Shown here one piece after another: positions 1 through 13,099 of a stretch of DNA of 64,000 bases. Position 1 is the first letter of the stretch. Each line of letters begins with the position of its first letter. The notes beneath the pieces were generated by a model, which was given only the letters and a program-made list of their open reading frames with translations, did no database searches and had not been told where the DNA came from. The stretch covers positions 192,758,001 to 192,822,000 of the forward strand of contig NC_091473.1 in NCBI RefSeq assembly GCF_036971445.1. The letters are read 5' to 3'. The position numbers and the translations under genes were made by a program. This DNA is from Narcine bancroftii. Its lineage: Eukaryota.

Positions 1-148
1 AGTACGTTTTGAATGGTGGGAGCCTCTGGGGAAAACCCACACAAACATGAGGAGAATGTACAAACTCCTTACTGGGATTCAAACCCTGGTCCTGATCGCT
101 GATGGCATAAAGGCGTTGTGCTGATTGCTACACCAACCATGCTGCCCT
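1..148 (-). mobile_element. tRNA-derived SINE (V-SINE/HE1-like), 5' part
   Basis: Minus strand begins gggcagcatggttggtgtagc (A-box-like) and has gggtttgaatccc (B-box-like), followed by the SINE core aaggagtttgtacattctcc. Confidence 0.65.
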
Positions 149-259
149 GTTAATTAGATATGATAAGAGGTGAGAATTGACACTGGGAGACACTAGGAAA
201 CCCTTGCTGTCACACCGGACAAAGTGGGGGGTGCTCACCGAAGACTGGAGATGCCAGAA

Positions 260-1018
260 TCCTGAACTTTACAAATTTCACGGTAAGGTGCATGAGCAAG
301 AATCTGAATCTCAACATGGAGAAGACAAAGGAGATGATCATGGACTTCAGGAGGACCAGGAGTGACCACCCTCCACTACACATCAACAACTCTGTAGTGG
401 AGAGCACCAAGTTCCTTGGAGTTCGCTTAACTAGTGACCTATCATGGAAACTCACTTGTCGCGAAGGCCCAACAGCGACTGCACGTCCTGAGAAGACTGA
501 AATGGGCAAGTCTATCGGCCACCATCATGTCAACCTTCAGCAGGAGCTCTATCCAGAGCGTCCTGGCCGGCTGCATTGTAGTGTGGGTACGGTGGCTGCA
601 GAGAAATGGATCAGAGGTCAATGCACAGGATCATAAGAATGGCAGAGAGGATCACTTGGGTCTGTCCTCCCCCCCCACCCCCATTGACGTGATCTACCGG
701 GATCATTGTCTGAAGAGGGTGCGCAAAATCACTGAGGACCCCTTCCACCCCGTGGACAGCATCTTCCAGCTGCTCCCGTCGGGGGAAGAGATCCAAGAGG
801 ATCAGAGCCAGCACCACCAGGCTGGGGAACAGTTTCTTCCCACGGGCAATGAGAATGCTGAACGACCAAAGGAACTGCTCGCACTCACCATCCGAGACTC
901 TCATATCCGCGAAACAACATTTATTTATTTATTTGTACCTATGAATACTTGTCCTGCTTGTGTATTGTTTGTCTGTGTGTGTGTTATGTCCGGCTGTGTG
1001 TCTGCATGTTTTGCACCT
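260..1018 (+). mobile_element. Rex1/Babar-type LINE, 3' fragment
   Basis: Frameshifted RT C-terminus NLNLNMEKTKEMIMDFRR...KFLGV and KAQQRLHVLRRLK...; a homologous copy lies on the minus strand at 37253-37635. Confidence 0.75.
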
Positions 1019-3667
1019 GTCACTGTGGATATAACTGGGGTACCCGAAAATGGTGAAGATGCTGTGCAGTGTGTTTATGACTGTGGAGGCAGTTATGTCC
1101 GGGCACGGAATAGCAAACGGGAAGCGGGAGTACTCATCGACCACTGTGAGAATATAGGTGTTATGGTTTGTTGAAGGTAGGAGCCCCTTGAAGTCCACAC
1201 TGAGACTTTGGAAGGACCGGGTGGCTTTTATGACATGGGTCTTCTCAGGCCAGAAGAAGTTGGGCTTGTACTCAGTGCATACTAGGCAGGCTCGGGTCAT
1301 GGAGCAGATCTCCTCAACCGTCTAGGGCAGGTTGCGGGCCTAGTGAACCCCGGATGACAGAGCTCTTCATGGGGTCTCTGCAGCCTGTCCAGTTGTACCC
1401 TGGCTCATGTCTCACAGGAAAGGGCGTTGGGTGGGTCGTTGAGTTTGCTAGGCCGGTACAGAATGTCATAAAGGTAGAGAGCTCAATTCTCCACCTGGCA
1501 ATTTTGTAGTTTTTGATCTTACCCCGCTGGTTGTTGCTAAACATGAATGACACTGCGCATTGGTCGATCAGCAGTGTAAAGCGTCTGCCAGTGAGGTAGT
1601 GTCTCCAACAATGTACAGCTTCCACAATGGCCTGGGCCTCCTTCTCGACAGGAGTGTTGGCTTTCTGGGCCCTGGGGGGTCCTGGAAAAAAAGGCGACAG
1701 GCCTGCCGGCCAGGTTTAAAGTGTCTGCCAGTGCAAAGTCAGAAGCATTGCTCTCTACCTGGAAAGGTATCGAATCAACTACGACATGCAGGGTGGCTGT
1801 GGCGATGTCTGACTTGATGCGGTCGAAGGCCGCTCTGGCTTTTACTGACAAGGGGAAGGAGGTGGACTTAATGAGTGGCCGTGCCTTGTCAGCGCACTGT
1901 GGGACCCATTGGGCATAATAAGAAAAAACCTCCAGGGACTTGCACTGGGTTCAATGATGCCTTCGTCCAGTAGTCTGTGCACCTTGCTTTTAATGACAAC
2001 ATATTGGTTGTTCACTAAATGGTTTCCATGGCCCTAGCTAAGGGATGGCTTTGATTCAATGTCACAGATGCAGCAAATGATGCAGGGAGCAGAGCTGCCT
2101 GTGTTGGTGTAACACATTGCTGGGAGGGGCGTCTGTTGGAGCCTCGCACCGCTGGAGCAGGGGCGGAGCGTCATGGTGCCTCGGCCTGTTATGCGTTTCA
2201 CTTGCGCGGTGATGTCATCAGAGTGGGCGGTCCATCGAGGTCTGCCGACGCAGAGACCTGGTTGGAGGGGGCCGAAGTGGAGACCTGTGGTGCCAGTAAG
2301 TCAGCGGCAAGCGAGGGGGCCGAAGTGGAGAGCCGTGGTGCTGGTAAGTCAGCAGTGAGCGGCGGTAACGGCAGAACGCATGGTGCAGGCAGTCCATCAG
2401 GGCCTGCCGGCGCAGAGGTCGCATTGGGGATAGCCAGCATAGAAGCAGGTGGTGGCGGCGTGCGTGGAGTGGGCAATCCGTTGGGGTGCAGCATCATGGC
2501 GGGAGGGCGGAGTGCTGAGCGGTGCTTGCATCGTGACGTCAAGCGTTGCCGTGAGACCGGTTCCTCACTCTCATTGGACGGTACTTCCGAGGTCAAGCAG
2601 TTTGGATCTGGGGAAGGCAATTGAGCCTCGCACGAGGCACTGTGCTTGGCAGCGACCATTTTGGACCGGCAGACTTTTGCTAAATGGCCGTTCTTTTTGC
2701 ACTTCTGACACTGGGCTTTCCTTGCAGGGCACAGGGATCTACTGTGTTTCTCCATTCCACAGAAGTAACACTTCGGGGCTGTGTTGGGTAGTGTGGCGGT
2801 GGTGAGGCCTTTGATGGGGCATGGGGAGCCCAATAAAAAGCAGGCATTCTACTCACATCGTAATGGTGGGCCCAGCCCTGTGTGTAGGCATCCATGCTTA
2901 GGGCTGCAGCCTCCATTGTTTCTGCAATCTGTACAGTCTCCATGAAGCTGTCTCCCCCGTGCCCCAACAGTCATTGCCTCACTTCATTAGACCAAATCTC
3001 AGCCACGTTAGCATCCCATATGAGGTCATCAGTGATTCCGGCCGCAGTTTTATCGGTGCATGCACATGCTCTGCCCAATAACCATAGTGCCTGTAGGTCG
3101 GCTCTGTAGGACTCACCCTGCTGCTGTCTCCTAGTTGCCGGCATGTGTCTGGCAGATACCTCATTCACAGGTCGTTCATAGAGTCCTTTTAGCACATTCA
3201 TGGCTGCTGTATAGGAGGTCGTGTCCTGGATGTTTTCATAGATCCTTGTAGACACCATCGGCATCAGAACCAACAGTTTATCAGTGTCTTCCTCCACGAC
3301 GGGGTCTGAGCGCTGTAGATATGCCTCAAAACACCTCACCCAGTGCCTGAAATAACTCTGAGCAGTAGTTGACTGTGGCTCGATGCTGAGGCATTCTGGT
3401 CGCAGCATTTGCTCCATCTGTTGAAGTTTTTTTGGTAATAAAATTGTAGAGCGTCGAATGACTCAAAAGACTTGTAGACTCAAACCAAGGCTTTTATTAC
3501 CGAAAGACTGGAGCATAGTACATCGAGGTTGACCAGTTCAGACTGACCTGGATCTGGTTAGATGCAGCACCTTATGACCTGGCCAGTAGGTGTGGCTATG
3601 GCTCTCAGCCAATCATTAGCACTATATGCAAATATATACAGAAGTGATAGGATCCCATACTAGCACA
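1019..3667 (-). mobile_element. Degenerate Gypsy LTR retrotransposon (5' LTR, gag, partial pol)
   Basis: LTR 3445-3667 (TG...CA). gag from 3417 with two zinc knuckles (CYFCG..HSRSLC, CQKC..GHLAKVC). RNase H (SDFALA..RPVAFFSR, WRHYLTGRRFTL) and integrase (SVDFKG, VDEYSRFPFA, IHSD) are present; most of PR/RT and the 3' end are missing. Confidence 0.85.
2265..2360. repeat. 48-bp tandem duplication inside Gypsy gag/pol
   Basis: gagggggccgaagtggaga... occurs at 2265 and 2313. Confidence 0.8.
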
Positions 3668-3940
3668 CCCTTTTACATCCCCAAAATAATTGGGTGCTTT
3701 GTACCTCAACTTTAGTCTGGTAATTAACCAGTGGGAATCACACGAACCCTTACAACAACATCAGCACATCCTTTCTTCAACGAGGAGCCCAAAACTACCC
3801 ACAATACTCCAAGTGACATCTCACCAATGCCTTATAAAGCCTCAACATCACATCCCTGCTCTTGTCCTCTATTCCTCTTGAAGTGAACGCCGGCCTTGCA
3901 TTTGCCATCTTCACCTCCACCTCAACCTGAAAGTTTACCG
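3668..3940. mobile_element. ERV LTR 3' end (+) joined to a CR1 fragment (-)
   Basis: 3670-3753 resembles the end of the LTR at 38021-38671 (...cacacgaacccttaca); 3757-3940 matches CR1 sequence at 43085-43255. Confidence 0.65.
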
Positions 3941-6900
3941 ATGGGGAGTCATGTGATGGAGTAGTGGTTGGGTAAAACCAGCCCTCTCCAGAAAAGAAGA
4001 AAAAAAGTCAAGAAAAGACAAAGTTCAATAAATATAAAATATAAGAAATAAAAGATAAAGTTGCAGAGAAGAGAAAGAAGATGGCACCCAAGAAGGAAAA
4101 AGTAAAAACAATGGGGAAAAAAAGAAGGCCTTACCTGCATGAAGGAACAGGGAGCCATTGTGGTGAAGAGCGCCCGATCTCCGAGGTTGGTGTCAGCCCT
4201 GCGGAGTCGTGACCACCCGACCGGTGGTCTACAAAAATACGCAACTAAGGTAAAGGAAAATATCGACGGGAGGGGGGGCTCAGCCGAGGAGCAGGCAACC
4301 ACAGCGCGACCAGCTGAGGGACGCCCGACACCAGGGCTCTCATCTGGAAGATGAGGAAAGCGGAAGGAGAAGGAGTGAAGTACCAGGCGAGAAAGAAAGT
4401 CGACGGGGTGGAAGGCAAGAGCAGCAGCAGCAGGAGGCTCAACAGATGAGCAGCTCAGAAGGAGACGACCAACAGCAACAGGCCAAGCAAGAAGAGGCCC
4501 AACAAAGTGAGACAAGCAACCCATCAGAAAAATCAGAAGAGACACAGATACAAAGAAGAGAAGAAGAAGACACAAACACAGATACAGACACAGAAGAAGA
4601 GGAAGAAGAAGACCAAGATCTTCACAGAGAGATAGAAGGTAAAACAGATGGACAGAATATAGATAAAGCTTTTTATGAAGAACAAATGAGAGCATTAAAA
4701 GAATGGTTGTCATTAGAATTTAATGCAATTAAAAGAAAAATGAAAAGAACAGAAGATAAAATGCAAAGGTTAGAACTGGTCATGACAGAAATAGGGAAAA
4801 GAGTAGAGAATGTGGAAGAGCAGGAAACGGCTGTAGAAATGGAAGTAAATGACAAGAGGAAAATTGGAAGAAAGTGATAAAAAAAATTAAAGAGACACAA
4901 GAGTTGTTATCTCAGAAAATTGATATGTTGGAAAATTATAGTTGGCGAAACAACTTAAAAATAGTGGGTCTGAAGGAGGGTGAAGAAGGCCCAGACGTGA
5001 AGGAATTTATAAAAGGATGGATCCCGAAGGACCTGGGAACGACAGAAATGCAGGAAGGAATGGAAATAGAAAGGGCTCACGGATCACTAGCTCCGAAACC
5101 ACAGACACATCAAAAACCAAGATCCATCTTAGTAACAATTTTGAGATATACGACAAGAGAAAATATACTGGAGCGGGCAAGGAATAAAATTAGAGAAGAC
5201 AATAAACCATTAGAATACAAAGGTCAAAAATATTTTTTTACCCAGACATAAGTTTTGAACTCTTAAAGAAGAGGAAGGAGTTTAATACAGCAAAATTGAT
5301 CCTATGGAAAAAAGGTTATAAATTCATATTAAGACATTCAGCTGTGCTTAAAATATTTATCCACGGGAAGCAAAACAGACTGTTCTCGGATCCAGAGGAA
5401 GCACAAGAATTTGCAGAAAACTTGCAGGACAGAAGGAGAGATGAAGAGATGTAACAAGAATGAAGAACACCGATAAAATATATATAAAGATGTAAAAACA
5501 ATGTATATGTAAAGAACTAAAGAGGGGAAAGAGAAGGGAAGGAAAGAAATAAGGGGGAAAAAAGGGAGAACTTTGTTATATGTTTAAAAAAAAGTGTTTT
5601 CTGGGGGGGTTGGGGGGGAGAGAATAACCATCACTGTGAAATTAGTTGACGTTTGCAAGCAGGATCACAATCCAAATGGAAAGGGGAGTTGTGGTTGCCC
5701 GGCAAGAGATAAGGGGCAACTCAGAGAGGGGGTGATATTGGGGTTAAGGTAATATTGGATGTGGGAGTAGTTGGAGTATTTTATGTTTTAAATGTCATAC
5801 ATTGAGTTTAAAAAGGGAAAACTGAGAGATGAAAATGGGGAAAAGGGGGATGGTGGTGGTACGGAAGCAGAAATGAGGTGTAAACAGGATATGAGATGGC
5901 CATGTTGAACTATATGACTATAAACATTAATGGAATACATAACCAAATTAAAAGTAAGAGGCTATTAAATTTACTGAAAAAAGAAAAAATGGATATAGCA
6001 TTTGTGCAGGAAACGCATCTAACTGAAGTGGAACATAACAAATTAAAGAGAGACTGGGTAGAGGCAGCATCATATAATTTAAAAGCTAGAGGTGTAGCTA
6101 TATTAATTAATAAAAATGTACCAATCAAAATAGAGGAGGAATAATAGATCCGGCAGGGAGGTATGTAATGATAAAGTGTCAGATATACTCAGAATTCTGG
6201 AATTTGCTCAATATATATGCACCTAATGAGGAGGATCAAAAGTTTATGCAAGATATTTTTTTTAAGATTGTAGACACACAAGGAAATATTTTGATTGGGG
6301 ATTTTAACCTTAATTTGGACCCAATGTTGGATAAAACTGGACAAAAGACAAGGAAAAAGAATAAAGTAGCCAAATTTATGGTTAAATCAATGCAGGAAAT
6401 GAAACTTATGGATATATGGAGGAGCCAGCACCCAAGGGAGAAGGAATACTCATATTATTCGAGTAGGCATAAAACATACTCAAGGATTAATATGTTTTTG
6501 TTGTCGGCTCATATTCAAGGGAGAGTTAGAAAAACTGAATATAAAGCGAGAGTACTATCTGATCATTCACCCCTGTTATAGCAATAGAACTGGAGGACAT
6601 CCCACCAAGAACATATAGATGGGGGTTAAACTCCATGCTACTTAAAAGGCAGAAATTTAGAGAGTTTATTGAATGCCAAATTAAAACATATTTTGAAATA
6701 AATACAGAATCAGTGAAAGACAAATTTATATTATGGGACTCAATGAAAGCCTTCATTAGAGGGCAGATAATAAGTTATGTAACTAAGATGAAAAAGGATT
6801 ACAATCGGGAAATAGAGCAGTTGGAAAGGGAAATAGTAAGTACAGAAAAGGAACTAGTGAAAAGGGATGACATAATGAAAAGGAGAGAATTGGTGGACAA

Positions 6901-8983
6901 ACAAAAAATACGAAACATTACAAAAGTACAAGGTGGAGAAGAACGTAATGAAAATAAAGCAAAAGTATTATGAACTGGGAGAAAAAAACACATAAAATAT
7001 TAGCCTGGCAACTTAAAACAGAACAAGCTAAAAGAACTGTATTGGCATCAAGGAAAAAGGACAAACAAATTACATATAACCCAAAAGAAATTAATGAGAA
7101 TTTTATGAACAATTATACCAAACTGAGAATGAGGGGAAAGATGATAAAATAGAAGAGTTTTTAGCTAAAATTGAACTACCGAAATTGCAAGAAGAGGAAC
7201 AAAATAAACTGATAAAACCATTTGAAATAGAGGAAATACAAGATATATTTAAAAAGTTGCCGAACGATAAAACACCTGGAGAGGATGGATTCCCAATAGA
7301 ATTCTATAAAACATTTAAAGAGTTATTGATTCCTCCTCTCCTGGAAGTGATGAACCATATAGAAGAAACAAAAAACTTCTCAGCAATAATTACAGTAATA
7401 CCAAAGATGGGGATCCATTAACACCAGCATCATGTAGACTGAATTCAGATTATTAGATAATAGCAAAATTATTAGCATACAGATTGGCCAATTGTGTACC
7501 AAAAATAGTAAAACAAGATCAAACTGAATATATTAAGAAAAGACAAACAGCAGATAATGTCTGTAAACTTATCAATCTAATTCATGCAGTTCAAGGAAAC
7601 AAGAAGCCAACAGTGGCTGTTGCTTTAGACGCAAAAAAAGCCTTTGACAGAGTAGAATGGAATTATTTATTTAAAGTATTACAGAAGTTCAATCTACCAG
7701 AAAAATATATTAATTGGATTAAAGCATCATATAATGAACCATTGGCGAAGGTAACAGTAAATGGATATGTATCAAACCAATTTAAATTAAGTAGGTCAAC
7801 TAGACAGGGATGTCCATTATCCCCCTCACTGTTCATTTTAGCAATAGAACCATTGGCAGAACTGATAAGAACAGAAAATAAAATAAAAGGGATAAAAGTA
7901 AAGGAGAAGGAGTATAAAATTAGTTTATATGCAGGTGACATCATAGTATACTTAACAGAACCAGAAATATCAATAAAAGAATTACACAAGAAATTGAAGG
8001 AGTATGGAAAAATATCGGGGTACAAGATCAACGCAAATAAAAGTGAAGTGATGCCAATGAGTAACACAGACTATACAGAATTTAAAAAAGAATCACCATT
8101 TAAATGGCAAACACAAGCAATCCGATACCTAGGTATTAGGTTAGATAATAACTTAAGCCACCTGTACAAACTAAATTATCAGCCACTAATAAAGAAATTG
8201 CAGGAAGACTTAGAACATTCAAAAAAGAATTACCGCTAATGTTGATAGGGAGGGTAAATTGCATTAAAATGAATATCTTCTCAAGGATACAATACTTATT
8301 TCAAACGTTGCCAATTCCCTTGACGGAGAAACTCTTTAATGAACTAAAGAGAATAATAAGGAAATTCTTGTGGAAAGAGGGGAAACCAAGGATAGCGTTA
8401 GATAAATTAGCAGAGAGGTATAATCAAGGTGGTTTGCAGTTACCAATCTTTAAAAATTATTATAGAGCAGCACAATTAAGGTATTTATCAGATTTTTACC
8501 AGACAAGGGAAAAACCAGACTGGACTAAGATAGAACTAGATAAAATAGGGGAGAAGGTACCGGAACATATACTTTATAAGTGGGATGAAAAGCTGGTGCA
8601 ATATAAAAGCTCACCAGTATTGCATCATTTACTTAATATATGGAAGAAGATCCACTTAGAAAGAAAAAAAAATTACCAAATACCAAAATTGTTATTGACA
8701 CAAAACCCACTAATCCCTTTTACAATAGATAACCTTTCCTTTAGAGAATGGGAGAGAAAAGGAATCAAAAGAATAGAAAATTGTTTTTCGGGAAATAATT
8801 TATTAACATTTGAACAGTTGAAGGACAAATATGGAATAACTCATGGTACAATGTTTGCACATCATCAATTAAAACCTTATTTAAAGGATAAATTGGGAAA
8901 CAGACTGAGATTACCAGAAGGAAGCAGCTTTGAATATGTGATTACAGACACAATGATAATTAAAAGATTTATAACCAACATGT

Positions 8984-11900
8984 TTTGAAGGGGGAGTCGC
9001 ATGGACATGATCCGGTCCGAGTGGCCTGTCGGGAGGTTTTCGAGTTTGGAGGCAATGGAGTTCTTGACCATGAAGCCTACACTAGATAGGCGTCGTTCAT
9101 CCAAAGGCTTGCCAGACCAGTAGAGTGTGTAGCCCGCGCCGCGTTCTTGGAGGCTGCCTACATTGCCAGGCGGACTTCACTGAGAGCAGCTATGTCGATG
9201 TCAAGTCTGAGGAGTTCATGTGCAATGAGGGCAGACCGATGTTCAGGTCGGTGGCTGTCAGCCTTGTCTAGCATGGTTCTGATGTTCCAGCATGCTAGTT
9301 TGAGTTTGTGAGCATCTTTTGAGGGGGAGGACATGGAGGGGGAGGACGTGGAGGGGGAGGACGTGGAGGGGGAGGACGTGGACCTGTCCTCGGGCCTGCG
9401 CAAAGGAGCTTTTAGGTGGAGTGCAGTGCGCGCAGTACTGGCCCCACCCTTTACACCCATGGTTCGCGTGCCTTGGCCAAGCAAGCTGGGACGTGGCAGC
9501 GAGGTCCTTGGATCGTAGGTTTTATATCGGAGTGGCCTTCTCCTATGCAGGTTTCTTACCCGGGCTGGAGGAGTCTGCCTCCCCTCCTAGGTCGGTCCAT
9601 ACTGCCCGGACCGGGGCCGAGGCCGCCATTGCTCTCCCTGTGCCCGGACTGGGGCTGCCGCCTCCAACTCTCTGCCCGAACCGGGGCCTCCGCCTGCCTC
9701 ACTCGACCGAGGCCGGGGCCGCCGGCTCCACCTTGCTCCTGCCCAGATCGGGGCCGCCGCCGCCTACCCTCTGCCCAGACCGGGGCCGGGGCCGCCGCTG
9801 CTTTCCCTGTGCCCGGACCGGGGCCGCCGCCCCCAACTTTCCGCCTGGACTGGGGCCTCCGCCTGCGTCACTCGACCGAGGCCGGGGCCGCCGCCTCCCC
9901 CTTGCTCCTGTCCATGCTCCAACCCTCCAGGTGGAACCAGCAGAAAAGGACAAGTTCTACACTGACCTGCGCAACCTCATTCAACGCACCCCTACAGCCG
10001 ACAAGGTTGTCATCCTTGGCGACTTCAACGCTTGCGTCGGCAAAGACTCAGAAACCTGGCCAGGAATCCTGGGCAAGCATGGTGTCGGCAAATGCAACGA
10101 CAATGGGCGCCTCCTGTTGGAGCTCTGCACAGAACAGCGGCTTGTCATTACAAACACCCTTTTTCAGCAGAGGGACAGCCTGAAGACTACCTGGATGCAT
10201 CCCCGATCCAAACACTGGCACCTCCTGGACTATGTCCTGGTGCAAGAAAGAGACAAACGAGATGTGCTCCACACCATGGTCATGCCCAGCGCGGAATGCC
10301 ATACTGACCACCGGCTGGTTCGCTGCAAGCTCAACCTTCACTTCAAGCCAAAGCCCAGGAACAGTAAAGCCCCCAGAAAGAGGTTCATTGTTGGAAACCT
10401 GCAGTCAGACGAAGTGAGAGGAAACTTCCAGGCAAACCTCAAAGCAAAGCTCGACGATGCAATCCGCCTTACGGACTCGTCCCCTGAAACCCTCTGGGAT
10501 CAGCTGAAGACTACCATACTGCAATCCACTGAAGAGGTACTGGGCTTCTCCTCCAGGAAAAACAAGGACTGGTTCGACGATAACAGCCAGGAAATCCAGG
10601 AGCTGCTGGCAAAGAAGCGAGCTGCCCACCAGGCTCACCTTACAAAGCCGTCCTGTCCAGAGAAGAAACAAGCCTTCCGTCGCGCATACAGCCATCTTCA
10701 GCGCAAACTCCGGGAGATCCAAAATGAGTGGTGGACTAGCCTCGCCAAGCGAACCCAGCTCAGCGCAGACATTGGCGACTTCAGGGGTTTTTATGAGGCT
10801 CTAAAGGCTGTGTACGGCCCCTCACCCCAAGTCCAAAGCCCGCTGCGCAGCTCAGACGGCAAAGTCCTCCTCAGCGACAAGATCTCCATCCTCAACCGAT
10901 GGTCAGACACTTCCAATCTCTTTTCATTGCCAACTGCTCAGTCCAAGATTCCGCCCTGCTCCAGCTCCCTCAACAGACCCTAAGGCTAGAGCTGGATGAG
11001 GTCCTTACCCAGGATGAGACATATAAGGCAATTGAACAACTGAAAAGTGGCAAAGCAGCAGGTATGGATGGAATCTCCCCAGAGGTCTGGAAGGCTGGTG
11101 GCAAAACTCTGCATGTCAAACTGCATGAGTTTTTCAAGCTTTGTTGGGACCAAGGAAAACTGCCTCAGGACCTTCGTACAAAAACAAAGGCGAGAAATCA
11201 GACTGCTCAAACTACAGGGGAATCACGCTGCTCTCCATTGCAGGCAAAATCTTCGCTAGGATTCTCCTAAATAGAATAATACCTAGTGTCGCCGAGAATA
11301 TTCTCCCAGAATCACAGTGCGGCTTTCGTGCAAACAGAGGAACTACTGACATGGTCTTTGCCCTCAGACAGCTCCAAGAAAAGTGCAGAGAACAAAACAA
11401 AGGACTCTACATCACCTTTGTTGACCTCACCAAAGCCTTTGACACCGTCAGCAGGAAAGGGCTTTGGCAAATACTAGAGCGCCTCGGATGCCCACAAAGT
11501 TCCTCAACATGGTTATCCAACTGCACGAAAACCAACAAGGTCAGGTCAGATACAGCAATGAACCCTTCTCCATTAATAATGGCGTGAAGCAAGGCTGTGT
11601 TCTCGCACCAACCCTCTTTTCAATTTTCTTCAGCATGATGCTGAACCAAGCCATGAAAGACTTCAACAATGAAGACGCTGTTTACATCCGGTACCACACG
11701 AATGGCAGTCTCTTCAATCTGAGGCGCCTGCAAGCTCACACCAAGACACAAGAGAAACTTGTCCGTGAACTACTCTTTGCAGACGATGCCGCTTTAGTTG
11801 CCCATTCAGAGCCAGCTCTTCAGCGCTTGACGTCCTGTTTTGCGGAAACTGCCAAAATGTTTGGCCTGGAAGTCAGCCTGAAGAAAACGGAGGTCCTCCA

Positions 11901-12769
11901 TCAGCCAGCTCCCCACCATGACTACCAGCCCCTCCACATCTCCATCGGGCACACAAAACTCAAAACGGTCAACCAGTTTACCTATCTCGGCTGCACCATT
12001 TCATCAGATGCAAGGATCGACAACAAGATAGACAACAGACTCGCCAAGGCAAATAGCGTCTTTGGAAGACTACACAAAAGAGTCTGGAAAAACAACCAAC
12101 TGAAAAACCTCACAAAGATAAGTGTATACAGAGCCGTTGTCATACCTACACTCCTGTTCGGTTCCGAATCATGGGTCCTCTACCGGCATCACCTACGGCT
12201 CCTAGAACGCTTCCACCAGCGTTGTCTCCGCTCCATCCTCAACATTCATTGGAGCGCCTTCATCCCTAACATCGAAGTACTCGAGATGGCAGAGGCCGAC
12301 AGCATCGAGTCCACGCTGCTGAAGATCCAGCTGCGCTGGGTGGGTCACGTCTCCAGAATGGAGGACCATCGCCTTCCAAAGATCGTGTTATATGGCGAGC
12401 TCTCCACTGTCCACCGTGACAGAGGTGCACCAAAGAATAGGTACAAGGACTGCCTAAAGAAATCTCTTGGTGCCTGCCACATTGACCACCGCCAGTGGGC
12501 TGATATCACCTCAAACCGTACATCTTGGCGCCTCACAGTTCGGCGGGCAGCAACCTCCTTTGAAGAAGACCGCAGAGCCCACCTCACTGACAAAAGACAA
12601 AGGAGGAAAAACCCAACACCCAACCCCCAACCAACCAATTTTCCCCTGCAACCGCTGCAACCGTGTCTGCCTGTCCCGCATCGGACTTGTCAGCTACAAA
12701 CGAGCCTGCAGCTGACGTGGACATTTACCCCCTCCATAAATCTTCGTCCGCGAAGCCAAGCCAAAGAAG
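8984..12769 (+). mobile_element. Near full-length RTE (BovB-like) LINE with inverted 5' segment (8984-~9905)
   Basis: TSD aaccaacatgt at 8973-8983 and 12770-12780. APE N-terminus (LACWNIRTM, AALSEVR) is on the minus strand; the rest (HAPT, GDFNA, QCGFR, FVDLTKAFD, LFADD, RWVGHV) is on plus; gaaga tail. Confidence 0.92.
9321..9383. repeat. 15-bp tandem repeat (gagggggaggacgtg) x4
   Basis: Directly visible; encodes SSPST repeats upstream of the RTE endonuclease. Confidence 0.9.
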
Positions 12770-13099
12770 AACCAACATGTACATTAAGCTGCAAGAGAAG
12801 GAAAATGATGAAATAAGCTATAAACCTCAACAAATGTGGAAAAGGATTTATACATAAAGATAAAAAATGAAACATGGGAAAAGTTATGTTCTGGAACTAT
12901 GAAGAATATAATAAACACAAGGTTACGCGTAATGCAGTAAAATTGGTTACACAGGTTATATATCACGCCTCAAAAGTTAAAAGAATGGGATCCAACATTA
13001 TCAGAGAGATGTTTTCCCTGTAAGAAGGAAATGGGAAGAACAGTACATGCAATTTGGGCATGTGAGAAAATGAAAATGTTTTGGGAATATCAAAATCAA

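Noticed and set aside
3949-4713. Hydrophobic antisense ORFs (also 28193-28906 and similar)
   Set aside because: Mirror of purine-rich L1 ORF1; no independent evidence of coding.
9319-10983. 554-aa ORF with a Pro/Arg-rich N-terminus
   Set aside because: Chance fusion of the antisense GC-rich RTE 5'UTR with the endonuclease frame at the inversion junction.
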